Assembly (NCBI GenBank): GCA_937868205.1
Contig: CALMMC010000125.1
Location: 29,788 to 93,787 of the forward strand
Source of the DNA: an uncultured bacterium
Lineage (GTDB): Bacteria > Acidobacteriota > Aminicenantia > Aminicenantales > UBA4085
Reading direction: 5' to 3'
DNA length: 64,000 nucleotides
This document shows, in pieces, positions 19,698 to 29,136 of the stretch. Each line of letters begins with the position of its first letter. Position 1 is the first letter of the stretch. Below the pieces are notes generated by a model. It saw nothing but the letters and a program-made list of their open reading frames with translations, did not search any database and was not told the DNA's origin. Both the position numbers and the translations under genes were made by a program.

Positions 19698-19796
19698 CGT
19701 TCATTTCCCTGCCATGGAATTATCCACCATTCCCGGAACAATTTCCACTTCTTTCTTGGGGGGGCGGGGGCCGTCGAAAAAGGCAACCTCGGCAGG

Positions 19797-19834
19797 AAAA
19801 AAAACGGCGGGCCGGGGACGTATCCGGCCCGCCG
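19797..19834 (-). terminator. Rho-independent terminator for the OMP gene
   Basis: On the minus strand: 11-bp GC stem cggcgggccgg/ccggcccgccg with an 8-nt loop, followed by an 8-U run (the A8 at 19797-19804 on the plus strand). Confidence 0.65.
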
Positions 19835-19843
19835 CGACGGATC

Positions 19844-20611
19844 TCAGAACCAGTAGTTGAGCCCGAGGGAGAACTGGAATCCCCCGGCGTCGAGAGATTC
19901 GAAATCCGTAAAGGCGTTTTCGAATTTCGCCGGACAGGAGAAATATTGGCCGCCGATGTCGACCGTCATCCGGCGCCCGATGGGGATCATGACCCCTCCG
20001 AAGGCCTGCCAGCCGAAAGAGACGCGCCCGATGCCGTCGGACTCCCTGGCGTTGACGTCAAAGATCTGGTAGACGGTCACCTCGCCGTATTCATCCTCGT
20101 AGACATACGGGACGTCGAAGTCGATCATGGCGCCCTGCATCTTGATGTTCCAGAACATCACGTGCCCGCCGCCGCCGACATAAGGGATGATATTGCCCCG
20201 CCTTCCGAGCGGCGTCCACTTGATCGAAGCCTGGAGCGGCGCGGAGGAAATGCTGATCGAATGATTGGGATCGAAGGCCCCCTTGAACTCGCTCGCCGGA
20301 AAGGCGAAGGCCGTTCCGTCGTTGAAATAATATCCGACCCAGTTCGTGTAATAAGATCCCTTGTTTTTCCGGAAGAGATCGAAGGCGACAAGCAGGCTGA
20401 ATCCCCGGGTCAGGAAGGTTTCGTACTGGACGCCGAACGAGACGTCATAGAAGCTCGATTTTTTAAAGGCCATGTTCTCGAACTCGATGTCCCAGAAATC
20501 CCCCTTCAGGTGGGGGACGAAGTAGCTCAACCGGAACGACAGCAGATTGGCCGAGGCCGCTCCGGCCGCGAGGATGAAAACCAGCATTCCGACGGCGAGT
20601 CTTTTTTTCAT
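19844..20611 (-). CDS. outer-membrane beta-barrel protein (signal peptide, C-terminal aromatic YWF)
   Basis: 255-aa ORF; N-terminal signal peptide; alternating amphipathic strands ending in LGLNYWF. Confidence 0.5.
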   Translation of the reverse strand: MKKRLAVGMLVFILAAGAASANLLSFRLSYFVPHLKGDFWDIEFENMAFKKSSFYDVSFGVQYETFLTRGFSLLVAFDLFRKNKGSYYTNWVGYYFNDGTAFAFPASEFKGAFDPNHSISISSAPLQASIKWTPLGRRGNIIPYVGGGGHVMFWNIKMQGAMIDFDVPYVYEDEYGEVTVYQIFDVNARESDGIGRVSFGWQAFGGVMIPIGRRMTVDIGGQYFSCPAKFENAFTDFESLDAGGFQFSLGLNYWF

Positions 20612-20637
20612 CTTGATTCTCCTGGCTCAACGCCTTT

Positions 20638-21588
20638 TTATGATGCAAAATCCGTGCCACCCGCTTCTCCCATAAAGCGGGCCGGGCCGTTGTGATGTAA
20701 AAAGGTCGTTTGTCCTCTTTCTTTTTCCCCCGCCGGGACCGCCCCGGCCGAAAGAGACGACTTCCGAACCGGCGTTTTCGCCGTCCGGTCGAAAGCGACG
20801 ACCCAGCGTCCCCAGGGCGTGGCGATCTCGGCTTCCCCCGAAATCCGGACATCAAGGGCCGCTCCGTTCAGGCCGTCGGCCACGGCCGCTCCGGTCTCAA
20901 AAAAATCCAGGATCAGGGGAAAAACGAAGGTTTTTTCGCCCCGGGCGGAGATGCTCGATCCTTCGCCGATTTCGCCCTTGATCACCGAAAAGCCGGCCAG
21001 CTCCAGGGAATACGCCAGCCGGTCCAAGGTGAAGGCAAAGCCGTTGGGATTGCGGAGAGCGAATCCCAGGCTGATTTCCGCGCCGCCGATGGACAAAGAT
21101 TTCGCCTCGACGGGAACAGGGGCGAAATCCAGGCCGCGGTAAACCGGGAAATCCCCCGAAAAGGCCACGGGGACGCGCCTTTCCCTTCCCCTATCATCCG
21201 CGAAGATCAATCCTCCGGCGACATAACAGACGGCTTGGTCCTTGTCCTTCAAGTCCGGGACGACGGGGAAGAGATGGGCGAAATTCAGCTTGACCGGAAG
21301 GGCGATCGTGATCTCGCTTCCGGCCTCGACCCGGATGGGCTCGGGCAGCGGGACTTGGAGCTTGAGGTATTCGGCGTCTCCGATGACCACCTGGTAATCG
21401 TAGCGGGTCAGCCGGACGGCCGTCTCCGCCGGATTGCGCAGAATCAGGCGGAAAACAAGAGTGAGCCCCCGGGGGGAAGGATCGACGATCCGTTTTTCGT
21501 GAAGCCGGACCCCCGGAACCGCCCTTTGGCCGAAGGCCGAAAGCGCCACCAGAAGACCGAGCCACGCCGCGACTTGAGCTTTCTTCAT
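20638..21588 (-). CDS. secreted protein with two LEA_2/WHy-like domains
   Basis: Start trimmed to MKKAQ (GGAGAG SD, ATG at 21588). Signal peptide, and repeated NPN-containing LEA_2-like segments (LRNPNGFAFTL). 316 aa. Confidence 0.5.
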   Translation of the reverse strand: MKKAQVAAWLGLLVALSAFGQRAVPGVRLHEKRIVDPSPRGLTLVFRLILRNPAETAVRLTRYDYQVVIGDAEYLKLQVPLPEPIRVEAGSEITIALPVKLNFAHLFPVVPDLKDKDQAVCYVAGGLIFADDRGRERRVPVAFSGDFPVYRGLDFAPVPVEAKSLSIGGAEISLGFALRNPNGFAFTLDRLAYSLELAGFSVIKGEIGEGSSISARGEKTFVFPLILDFFETGAAVADGLNGAALDVRISGEAEIATPWGRWVVAFDRTAKTPVRKSSLSAGAVPAGEKERGQTTFLHHNGPARFMGEAGGTDFAS

Positions 21589-21649
21589 GTTCTCTCCGCC
21601 GGTATGAAAGAAATATTTTACCATAAATCGACGGAAAGGCGATTTCCGG

Positions 21650-21655
21650 TATAAT
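21650..21655 (+). promoter_or_regulatory. candidate -10 box (TATAAT) for the cca-galE operon
   Basis: Perfect TATAAT 22 nt upstream of the ATG at 21677. The -35 is weak. Confidence 0.3.
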
Positions 21656-21676
21656 AGGCGGGGAAATTTCCGATCA

Positions 21677-23137
21677 ATGCCCAAGCTTGAGCCTGACTTC
21701 CAAGACCGGCGCTTCTTCGTCCGGCTTTTCGGCGACGACGTCTACGCCGTCGGCGGGTTCGTCCGGGACATTCTCCGCCGGAAGCCCTCCGGAGAGATCG
21801 ATCTCCTCGTCACCCGGCGGACCCTCGATGAAATCATCGGGATTCTGGAGCCGAAGGGCAAGGTCGACCTGGTGGGGAAAAGCTTCGGGGTGATCAAATT
21901 CACCCGGGCCGGACGGACCGTCGATATCGCCCTCCCCCGAATCGACCGGGCCGCGGTCAAGAGCGTCCGGGGGCACAAGGACATCCGGGCTCAATCCGAT
22001 CCCATGCTCCCCGTCGAAGAGGATCTCCGGCGCCGCGACTTCCGGTGCAACAGCCTCGCTTGGCGGCTGTCCGACGGAGCCCTGATCGATCCCTTCAACG
22101 GCCGCCGGGATATCCGGGAGAAAATCCTCCGCCTGACCGACCCGGCGGCTTTTCCCGAGGACCCGCTCCGAGTGCTGCGGGCGGCCCGGTTCGCCTCCGT
22201 CCTCGAATTCGCCGTCGATCCCGAGGTCTACCCCATCGCCCGGAAAGTCGACCTCTCCGGCCTCAGCGTCGAACGGATCGCCGACGAGCTTTTTAAAATC
22301 CTTCTCCGCTCCCCCCGGCCTTCGCGGGGCTTGGAGGAGCTTTTCCGGCTGGGAGCCCTGCGGGCCCTTCTCCCCGAGCTCTATGCCCTGACCTTGGTCA
22401 TCCAGGATTCCGTTTTTCATCCCGAAAAGGACGATTTCGGGCACCACACGGTCTGGGCCCACACAAAGCTCACCGTCGACCAGGCCAAGCGGCTGGCCGA
22501 AAAGCTCGATCTCGATCCGGCCAAGCGGCCGGCTCTTCTCTGGGCCGCCCTGTTTCATGACGCCGGCAAGGCGGAGACGACGCATTGGGAATACAAGCGG
22601 GGACGAATGGCCGTCACCAGCGCCGGACACGACACGGCCGGCGAGAAGCTGGCCCTCCGGGTCTTTGACCGCCTGAAAATCCACGCCTGGAACGGGGCCG
22701 ACGTCCGCGACCTCGCCCTGCGTCTCATCCGGACGCATCACCGGGCGGCCGAGCTTTGGAACAACCGGACGATCGTGACCAAGAAGGCGTTCAACCGCTT
22801 CGCCGCCGACACGGGGGGCGAGTTCGAACTGGCGGCCGTCCTGGACGCGGCCGACCGGGCCGGACGGGCCGAGCGGCCGGCGGCCGGGCTCGACCGCGAG
22901 GCCCGCTGGCTGCTCGAGTCGATGCGGAAGCACAACGTCTCCAGGGAAACGATCCGTCCGCTCCTGCAAGGGCGGGATCTTCTGAAGCTGAACGTCCCCC
23001 CCGGTCCGGGCATGGGCAAGCTTCTCAAGGATCTCTACCGACGGCAGCTGGATAATGAATTCGACACCCGGGCCGGCGCCCTGAAAGCGGCCCGCCGCCT
23101 CGTCCGGGAACAACGGCCGGCAAAGGAGCGCCCATGA
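21677..23137 (+). CDS. tRNA nucleotidyltransferase / poly(A) polymerase family protein with HD domain (CCA-adding enzyme-like)
   Basis: 486-aa ORF; N-terminal nucleotidyltransferase motif (GGFVRD...DIDL) and an HD phosphohydrolase motif in the C-terminal half. Confidence 0.8.
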   Translation: MPKLEPDFQDRRFFVRLFGDDVYAVGGFVRDILRRKPSGEIDLLVTRRTLDEIIGILEPKGKVDLVGKSFGVIKFTRAGRTVDIALPRIDRAAVKSVRGHKDIRAQSDPMLPVEEDLRRRDFRCNSLAWRLSDGALIDPFNGRRDIREKILRLTDPAAFPEDPLRVLRAARFASVLEFAVDPEVYPIARKVDLSGLSVERIADELFKILLRSPRPSRGLEELFRLGALRALLPELYALTLVIQDSVFHPEKDDFGHHTVWAHTKLTVDQAKRLAEKLDLDPAKRPALLWAALFHDAGKAETTHWEYKRGRMAVTSAGHDTAGEKLALRVFDRLKIHAWNGADVRDLALRLIRTHHRAAELWNNRTIVTKKAFNRFAADTGGEFELAAVLDAADRAGRAERPAAGLDREARWLLESMRKHNVSRETIRPLLQGRDLLKLNVPPGPGMGKLLKDLYRRQLDNEFDTRAGALKAARRLVREQRPAKERP

Positions 23138-24147
23138 AAAAGGTCCTGGTCGCCGGCGGAGCCGGCTACATCGGCTCCCACACGGTCAAGGAGCTCCGCC
23201 GGGCCGGCTTCAAACCCGTGGTCTTCGACAATCTTTCAAGCGGGCACCGCGACGCGGCCGGCGGGGCCGAGCTCATCGAGGGCGACCTGCGCGATCCGGA
23301 CCTGATCGGGCGCCTGCTCAAGGAGGGCGGTTTCTCGGCCGTTCTCCATTTCGCCTCGCTCATCCAGGTCGGCGAGTCCTTTGTCGATCCCCGCAAATAT
23401 TACGAGCACAACCTCCGGACTTCCCTGAACCTGCTGGGGGCGGCCCTGGACGCCGGCGTCCGGGTGTTCATCTTCAGCTCGAGCGCGGCCGTCTACGGCC
23501 TGCCCCGGGAGACGCCCATCCGCGAGGACCACCCCCTCGACCCGGTCAATCCCTACGGCCGGACCAAGGCGATGATCGAGCAGGTCCTTCGGGATTACGA
23601 CCGGGCCTACGGCCTCAAGCACGTCTCCCTCCGCTACTTCAACGCGGCCGGGGCGGACCCGGACGGGGAGCTCGGCGAGCGCCATCATCCGGAAACGCAC
23701 CTTATCCCCAATGTCCTCCGGGCCGCCGCCGGGGACGGTTCCATCCTCGGCGTCTTCGGGACGGATTTCCCCACGGCCGACGGGACGGCCGTCCGGGATT
23801 ACATTCACGTCACCGACCTGGCCTCGGCCCATGTCCTCGCCCTCCGCCGTCTCCTGGACGGCGGATCGAGCGAGGTCATCAACCTGGGGACAAACCGGGG
23901 ATATTCCGTCCGCGAAGTCATCGCCGCCGCCGAAAAAGCCACCGGGCGGCGCGTTCCCCGGGAAGATCGGCCCCGCCGGGAAGGCGACCCTCCCATTCTT
24001 CTGGCCTCGAAGGAAAAAGCCGAGCGCGTCCTGGGATGGAGGCTTCGCTTTTCCGACCTCGGCACGATTCTCGAGACCGCCTGGGCTTGGCACCTCAAGG
24101 AATCCGGAGAGCGGAAACGTCCGGGCGGCGGCGAAGCCGGTCGCTGA
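23134..24147 (+). CDS. galE: UDP-glucose 4-epimerase
   Basis: 337-aa ORF; GGAGYIGSH NAD-binding motif, YxxxK catalytic motif. ATGA overlap with the upstream gene. Confidence 0.9.
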   Translation: MKKVLVAGGAGYIGSHTVKELRRAGFKPVVFDNLSSGHRDAAGGAELIEGDLRDPDLIGRLLKEGGFSAVLHFASLIQVGESFVDPRKYYEHNLRTSLNLLGAALDAGVRVFIFSSSAAVYGLPRETPIREDHPLDPVNPYGRTKAMIEQVLRDYDRAYGLKHVSLRYFNAAGADPDGELGERHHPETHLIPNVLRAAAGDGSILGVFGTDFPTADGTAVRDYIHVTDLASAHVLALRRLLDGGSSEVINLGTNRGYSVREVIAAAEKATGRRVPREDRPRREGDPPILLASKEKAERVLGWRLRFSDLGTILETAWAWHLKESGERKRPGGGEAGR

Positions 24148-24178
24148 CGGAGAACGCGATCCTCCGGCTCCCTCTTTG

Positions 24179-24207
24179 TTTGACTCCCCTCCGCCCGCGT
24201 GTTATAA
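24179..24207 (+). promoter_or_regulatory. sigma70-type promoter TTGACT-17nt-TATAAA for the mltD-like gene
   Basis: TTGACT at 24179-24184, 17-nt spacer, TATAAA at 24202-24207, ATG at 24223. Confidence 0.45.
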
Positions 24208-24222
24208 AAGTTCATTGATCTC

Positions 24223-25656
24223 ATGAAATCATTGAAATTCCTGCCGATCATCCTCATCCTCGCCGGCTGTCTCTTTCTCGTCGACTGCGCCCGCAATGAG
24301 ACGGCCGTCCGAACGGTTCCGCCGCCGCCGGGCAAGGCGGCCGCCGTCCCTGAAGCGCCGCCGTCCGAAAAAGCGGCGCCCGCTCCGGTCCAAGAGGCGA
24401 CCGGGAAAACGATCATTCCCGTCGAGGAAAAAAACTTGGCTTCCGGCGTCCTTCCGGTCAACGGCCAGGCGGCCGATGACGCCTCGATCACGATCGAGGA
24501 CGTCCTCGAGCTGTACGCCGAAGCCAAGGCCGCCCGGGAACGAGGCGATTTCGAAGGAGCGGTGGCTTACCTGGACGAGGCTTACGCCGCGCTTCTCCGC
24601 CTCCGCATCCCCGCCGATTCGCCCCTGATCCAGGACAAGGACAACCTCCGCCTGCTGATCGCCCAGCGCATCCAGGAAATCAGCGCCGCCCGCCGCAATC
24701 CGGCCGTGGAGAATCACAAATCGATCCCCTTGATCGAGAACGAATGGGTTCTCCGGGAGATTCGGTCCTTCACCGGCCCCGAGCGGACGGCCTTCCTGGA
24801 AGGCTACCGGCGCTCCGGATTTTACAAGGATTGGATCGTCGACGAGCTGCAGAAAGCCGGCCTGCCTTCGGATCTGGTCTGGCTCCCGATCGTTGAAAGC
24901 ATGTACAAACCCCTGGCTCTGTCTTCGGCCCGGGCTCTCGGCATCTGGCAATTCATCCGGACGACCGGCCTGAATTACGGCTTGAACCAGGACAAGTTCA
25001 TCGACGAGCGCCGGGACCCCTATAAGTCGACCTTCGCCGCGATCAAGTACTTGGAACATCTCCACTCGTTTTTCGGCGATTGGACGACCGCCCTGGCCGC
25101 CTACAACTGCGGCGAGGGATATGTCCAGCGGATCATCAATTCGCAGAACATCAGCTACCTGGATAATTTCTGGGATCTTTTCCAGCGCCTTCCCTACCAG
25201 ACGGCCCGGTATGTTCCCCGCTTCATCGCCGTCGTCTTGATCATCCGGGACCCGGAAAAATACGGGGTGAGCCTGCCCGCGTCGTATCCGCCGCTCCGCT
25301 TCGACACGGTCCGGATCCAGCACCCGGCCAAGCTGAGCGTCCTGGCGGCCGCCATGGGCTTGGATTCCTCCGAGCTCGAGTTTCTCAACCCCGAGCTCCG
25401 TTATCAATCCACGCCCGACACGCCGTACGATCTCCGCGTCCCCGTCGGGATGGAGGAGCGTCTCCTGGCCGCGCTGCCCGCTCTGCCGAAATATATTCCG
25501 CCCGAATACGGGACGCACAAGGTGAGGTCGGGGGAAACCCTTTCAACCATCGCCCGCCGGTACGGGACTTCCGTCCAGAACTTGCAGAAAATCAACGGGA
25601 TCCGGGGAACCTTGATCCGCGCCGGACAAGTCCTCCGCATCCCCAGCCGCGGCTGA
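24223..25656 (+). CDS. membrane-bound lytic murein transglycosylase D-like lipoprotein (SLT domain plus C-terminal LysM)
   Basis: 477-aa ORF; lipobox (LAGC), SLT motif AYNCGEG, C-terminal LysM (HKVRSGETLSTIARRYG). Confidence 0.85.
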   Translation: MKSLKFLPIILILAGCLFLVDCARNETAVRTVPPPPGKAAAVPEAPPSEKAAPAPVQEATGKTIIPVEEKNLASGVLPVNGQAADDASITIEDVLELYAEAKAARERGDFEGAVAYLDEAYAALLRLRIPADSPLIQDKDNLRLLIAQRIQEISAARRNPAVENHKSIPLIENEWVLREIRSFTGPERTAFLEGYRRSGFYKDWIVDELQKAGLPSDLVWLPIVESMYKPLALSSARALGIWQFIRTTGLNYGLNQDKFIDERRDPYKSTFAAIKYLEHLHSFFGDWTTALAAYNCGEGYVQRIINSQNISYLDNFWDLFQRLPYQTARYVPRFIAVVLIIRDPEKYGVSLPASYPPLRFDTVRIQHPAKLSVLAAAMGLDSSELEFLNPELRYQSTPDTPYDLRVPVGMEERLLAALPALPKYIPPEYGTHKVRSGETLSTIARRYGTSVQNLQKINGIRGTLIRAGQVLRIPSRG

Positions 25657-25666
25657 AATCGAAAGA

Positions 25667-25752
25667 GGGAGACACAAAGCCTTTTCACCCTGTTTCCCTG
25701 TTTCCCAGAGCCGGATATCAACTGAAATTAGGTGAAGAGGCATTGTGTCTCC
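25667..25752. repeat. ~86-nt palindromic extragenic element, copy A (14-bp terminal inverted repeats GGAGACACAAAGCC / GGCATTGTGTCTCC with a conserved core)
   Basis: Shares GGGAGACAC...TTCACCC..TTTCCCTG...AGCCGGA.AT.CA...GGTG..CATTG..GTGTCTCC with copy B at 28996-29082. Starts 11 nt after the mltD-like stop. Confidence 0.7.
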
Positions 25753-25942
25753 TCATTATAAGAGAGACGCTTCCACATAGAACGGCCGCGATGGATCATG
25801 GCTTTCGAGTGTCAAGAGCGGATCAGCTCGGCGATCGTCAAGAGCAAAACCGATCCGTCCGAAAACCGGGCCAGGCCGTCGATAAACCGCATTGACACCG
25901 GCCGGGGATGAACGTATCATCTTCCCGGCAAGGAAAGGTTCC

Positions 25943-26368
25943 ATGATTCTCAAATACGCCGTACTATGGATTGTTTCTTTCATCGGCGTAAGCGCCGTGG
26001 ACGCCCTCTGGCATCTCGTTCTCTGGGGACGGATCTACCGCCGGGACATCCGCAAGGTCGCCGCGGTCGTCGACGGCAAGCTCGTCCTGAACGGGATCAG
26101 CGGAGCGCTCTCCCAAGTCCTGGTGATCACGGCTTTCGTCGTCCTCGCTTCCCTTCAGCTTTCCTCGGCCGATCCCTATCTCAAAGGAATCCTGGCCTGC
26201 GCGGCCGGCGGCGTTCTCGGGATTTCCGCGTATGGATTGGTGAACCACTGGATCGTCCGGGACTGGAGCCTTTCCCTGACGGTTCTCGAAGTCATTTGGG
26301 GCCCGGTCCTCGGGGCGTTCGCCGGATTTCTCATCGTCGGGACGGCCCGGCTGTTGAAGATCGGCTGA
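25943..26368 (+). CDS. small integral membrane protein (hypothetical)
   Basis: Start chosen at MILKYAVLW (AGGAAAGG SD 4 nt upstream). Three to four predicted TM helices. 141 aa. Confidence 0.45.
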   Translation: MILKYAVLWIVSFIGVSAVDALWHLVLWGRIYRRDIRKVAAVVDGKLVLNGISGALSQVLVITAFVVLASLQLSSADPYLKGILACAAGGVLGISAYGLVNHWIVRDWSLSLTVLEVIWGPVLGAFAGFLIVGTARLLKIG

Positions 26369-26383
26369 TTCGGACGATCGGCG

Positions 26384-28201
26384 ATGTCCACGACATCCCA
26401 GCGGTCAAACGGAAAAAGCTATTATTACGCCTTTCTCGCCGGGACGAAAAAGATCCTGGAAAATCAGAATGAGCTGAACCGGATCAATGTTTTTCCCGTC
26501 CCCGATGCCGACACCGGCTCCAATCTCGCCTCGACCCTCCGGGCCGTCGTCGAGCGAGTCCGTCCGCATCGCTCCTACGGGGCGACCTCCGCGGCGATCG
26601 CGGCGGCCGCCCTGGAGGGCGCCCGGGGCAACTCAGGCGTCATTTTCGCCCAATTTCTTTACGGTCTCGGGGCCGAATCCCGAGACTGGACCGAGGTTTC
26701 GCCGGCCCGCTTCGCCCGCTCCGTCCTGAAAGCGGTCCGCTATATGTACGAAGCGATCGCCGAGCCGGTCGAGGGAACGATGATTACGGTCATCCGCCGG
26801 TGGGCCGAGTATCTCGAATCCCGGGAGAAAGAAGCTGAAAATTTTTTGAAGGTCTTGGCCGATTCCCGCGGCCGGGCGCTCGAAGCCCTCCAGGAAACAC
26901 GACACCGGTTGGCGGCCATGAAGAAAGCCGGCGTCGTCGACGCCGGCTCCAAGGGCGTGGTCCTCTTTCTCGAGGGGGCGATCGATTTCTTGATCAAGCC
27001 CTCGCATAAGAAGATCATCTCGATCCGGGCCGAGGCGATCGAAATCGAACACACCGAAGCGGTCTCGGCCGCCCCCGTCGGCCGGCGCTACTGTGTCGAG
27101 GCCTTGATCCGCCCCCATCCGGGCCGGGAGGCCGCGGGATTGGACCGGGACGCCTTGAGTTCCCTGGTTTCAAAAGCCGGGGACTCCCTGGTGATCGCCG
27201 GATCCAGGGACACCCTCCGCCTCCACGTCCACGCGGACGAGCCTCCGGAAATCTTTTACGCGATCCGCGATTTCGGGCTCTGCGTCCATCAGAAAGCCGA
27301 TGACATGCAGCGGCAATACGAAACGGTCCACCGCCGGAAGAGAAACGTCGCCCTGGTCACGGATTCCAGCTGCGATCTTCCCGGCCTCCTTCTCGACCAT
27401 CATCAGGTCCATGTGATTCCGCTCCGCCTGAATTTCGGCCCTTGTTCCTATCTCGACAAGACGACAATCTCCCCCGACCGCTTCTACACGATGTTGGACG
27501 AAGACCGCGGATTTCCCACGTCGGCCCAACCTAACGCCAAGGCGTTCGAGGACATGTACGCCCGGCTGGCCGCCCATTATGATTCGATCCTCTCCATCCA
27601 CCTGTCCGGGAAACTGAGCGGGACGTACGCCGGCGCCGCCTCGGTTGCCGAGCGGGTTTCGCGGAAGACGGGGAAAAAAATCACCGTCATTGATTCCCGG
27701 ACGCTGTCCGGCGCCCTCGGCTTGGTGGTTCTCCGGACAGCCCGGGCCCTTGAGGCGGGCGCCTCCCACGAAGAGGCCGCGGCCGAAGCCGAACGGGTCA
27801 GGCCGAGGTCGAGAATCCTGGTGGGCGTGCGGACCCTGAAATACATGGTCCGCGGCGGCCGGGTCAGCCCGATGGCCGGCCGATTGGCGAACCTGTTGAA
27901 CCTGAAACCGGTCGTGTCCATGAAGGAAAACGGCGAGTCAACCGTTTCCGACAAGGCGTTCAGCCGCCGGGGCAACCTCAAAAACATCCGCCGGCAGGCG
28001 AGAAAGGCCGCGGCCGGAAGCCGGGTTTGGGAATCCTGCGTCCTTCACGCCCACAACCCGGAGGAAGCCGGGATTTATGCCCTTGAGATGGAAGAGATCT
28101 TCGGCCGGAAGCCGGCCTATCTCATGGATATTTCGCCCGTGATCGGCCTGAACGCGGGCGTGGGGGCCGTGGCCGTCTCGTTCCTGATGGAAGAGGCGTG
28201 A
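26384..28201 (+). CDS. DAK2-domain / DegV-domain fusion protein (FakA-like N-terminus fused to a FakB/DegV-like fatty-acid-binding domain)
   Basis: 605-aa ORF. The N-terminal PVPDADTGSN is a Dak2/DhaL motif. The C-terminal ~290 aa has DegV hallmarks (VALVTDSSCDLP, SIHLSGKLSGTY, VIDSRTLSGALG). Confidence 0.75.
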   Translation: MSTTSQRSNGKSYYYAFLAGTKKILENQNELNRINVFPVPDADTGSNLASTLRAVVERVRPHRSYGATSAAIAAAALEGARGNSGVIFAQFLYGLGAESRDWTEVSPARFARSVLKAVRYMYEAIAEPVEGTMITVIRRWAEYLESREKEAENFLKVLADSRGRALEALQETRHRLAAMKKAGVVDAGSKGVVLFLEGAIDFLIKPSHKKIISIRAEAIEIEHTEAVSAAPVGRRYCVEALIRPHPGREAAGLDRDALSSLVSKAGDSLVIAGSRDTLRLHVHADEPPEIFYAIRDFGLCVHQKADDMQRQYETVHRRKRNVALVTDSSCDLPGLLLDHHQVHVIPLRLNFGPCSYLDKTTISPDRFYTMLDEDRGFPTSAQPNAKAFEDMYARLAAHYDSILSIHLSGKLSGTYAGAASVAERVSRKTGKKITVIDSRTLSGALGLVVLRTARALEAGASHEEAAAEAERVRPRSRILVGVRTLKYMVRGGRVSPMAGRLANLLNLKPVVSMKENGESTVSDKAFSRRGNLKNIRRQARKAAAGSRVWESCVLHAHNPEEAGIYALEMEEIFGRKPAYLMDISPVIGLNAGVGAVAVSFLMEEA

Positions 28202-28223
28202 GCCGCCGGAAGGGAAGGCTTCG

Positions 28224-28994
28224 GTGATCGGACCGCTTTTGACCGCGGCGGGGATCGTGTTCCTCTACATGACCGGGCTCTGCGTCCTGGCCCTGGTCCG
28301 GAAGAATTATTCCATCGTCGACGCCGGCTGGGGACCCGGCTTCGTCCTGGCGGCCGCGGCCTTGTTCCTCCGAGATCCGGATTTTTCTCCGGCCCGTCTC
28401 CTCATGACCGCTCTGATCACGCTCTGGGCCGCCCGCTTGAGCTTCCACATTCTTCGGAGAAACGCCGGAAAGCCGGAGGACTTCCGCTACGCCGCCATGA
28501 GGAAACGGTGGGGCAAAGCCGCCCCGCTGAAGTCGTACATTTTCATCTTCCTCTTCCAAGGGGCGGTGATGCTCCTCGTCTCCTCCCCCCTGACGGCCGT
28601 CTTCCTCTCCCCGGCCAGGCCGCTCTCCATCCTCGACGCCGCCGGAACGGCGGTCTTTCTGGCCGGGTTTCTTTTCGAGACCGTCGCCGACCGCCAGCTC
28701 GCCGCCCACATCCGCGACTCGGGAAACAAAAAGATGCTCATGACCCGAGGTCTCTGGTCGCTTTCCCGTCACCCGAACCATTTCGGGGAAGCGACTCTGT
28801 GGTGGGGTTTGGGCCTGATCGCCCTGTCTTCAAGATATGGCTGGGCCGGGCTCATCGGCCCGGCCGTCATCACCTTCTTCCTCCGGTTCGTTTCCGGCGT
28901 GCCGCTCCTGGAGAAAAAGTATGCCGGTCGGCCGGACTGGGAGGAGTATAAAAAGAAGACGCCCGTCTTTTTCCCGCGCTTGCCCGGGGCGTGA
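28224..28994 (+). CDS. DUF1295 / ICMT-like membrane methyltransferase-reductase family protein
   Basis: 256-aa ORF; GTG start with GGGAAGG SD; multi-TM; LSRHPNHFGE...WWG motif. Confidence 0.65.
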   Translation: MIGPLLTAAGIVFLYMTGLCVLALVRKNYSIVDAGWGPGFVLAAAALFLRDPDFSPARLLMTALITLWAARLSFHILRRNAGKPEDFRYAAMRKRWGKAAPLKSYIFIFLFQGAVMLLVSSPLTAVFLSPARPLSILDAAGTAVFLAGFLFETVADRQLAAHIRDSGNKKMLMTRGLWSLSRHPNHFGEATLWWGLGLIALSSRYGWAGLIGPAVITFFLRFVSGVPLLEKKYAGRPDWEEYKKKTPVFFPRLPGA

Positions 28995-28995
28995 C

Positions 28996-29082
28996 AATCG
29001 GGAGACACCATCCCCATTCACCCGATTTCCCTGAGCCGGAAATTCACAAAAACAGGGTGCATTGGGATGGTGTCTCCCGATT
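28996..29082. repeat. ~87-nt palindromic extragenic element, copy B (20-bp perfect terminal inverted repeats AATCGGGAGACACCATCCCA / TGGGATGGTGTCTCCCGATT)
   Basis: Starts 2 nt after the DUF1295 stop, between convergent genes. Its core aligns with copy A. Confidence 0.75.
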
Positions 29083-29136
29083 GCCTCCGTATTGGCGGCC
29101 GCCCCGAAGAGGAGAACGGCGTCTTCGAACCCCTCT

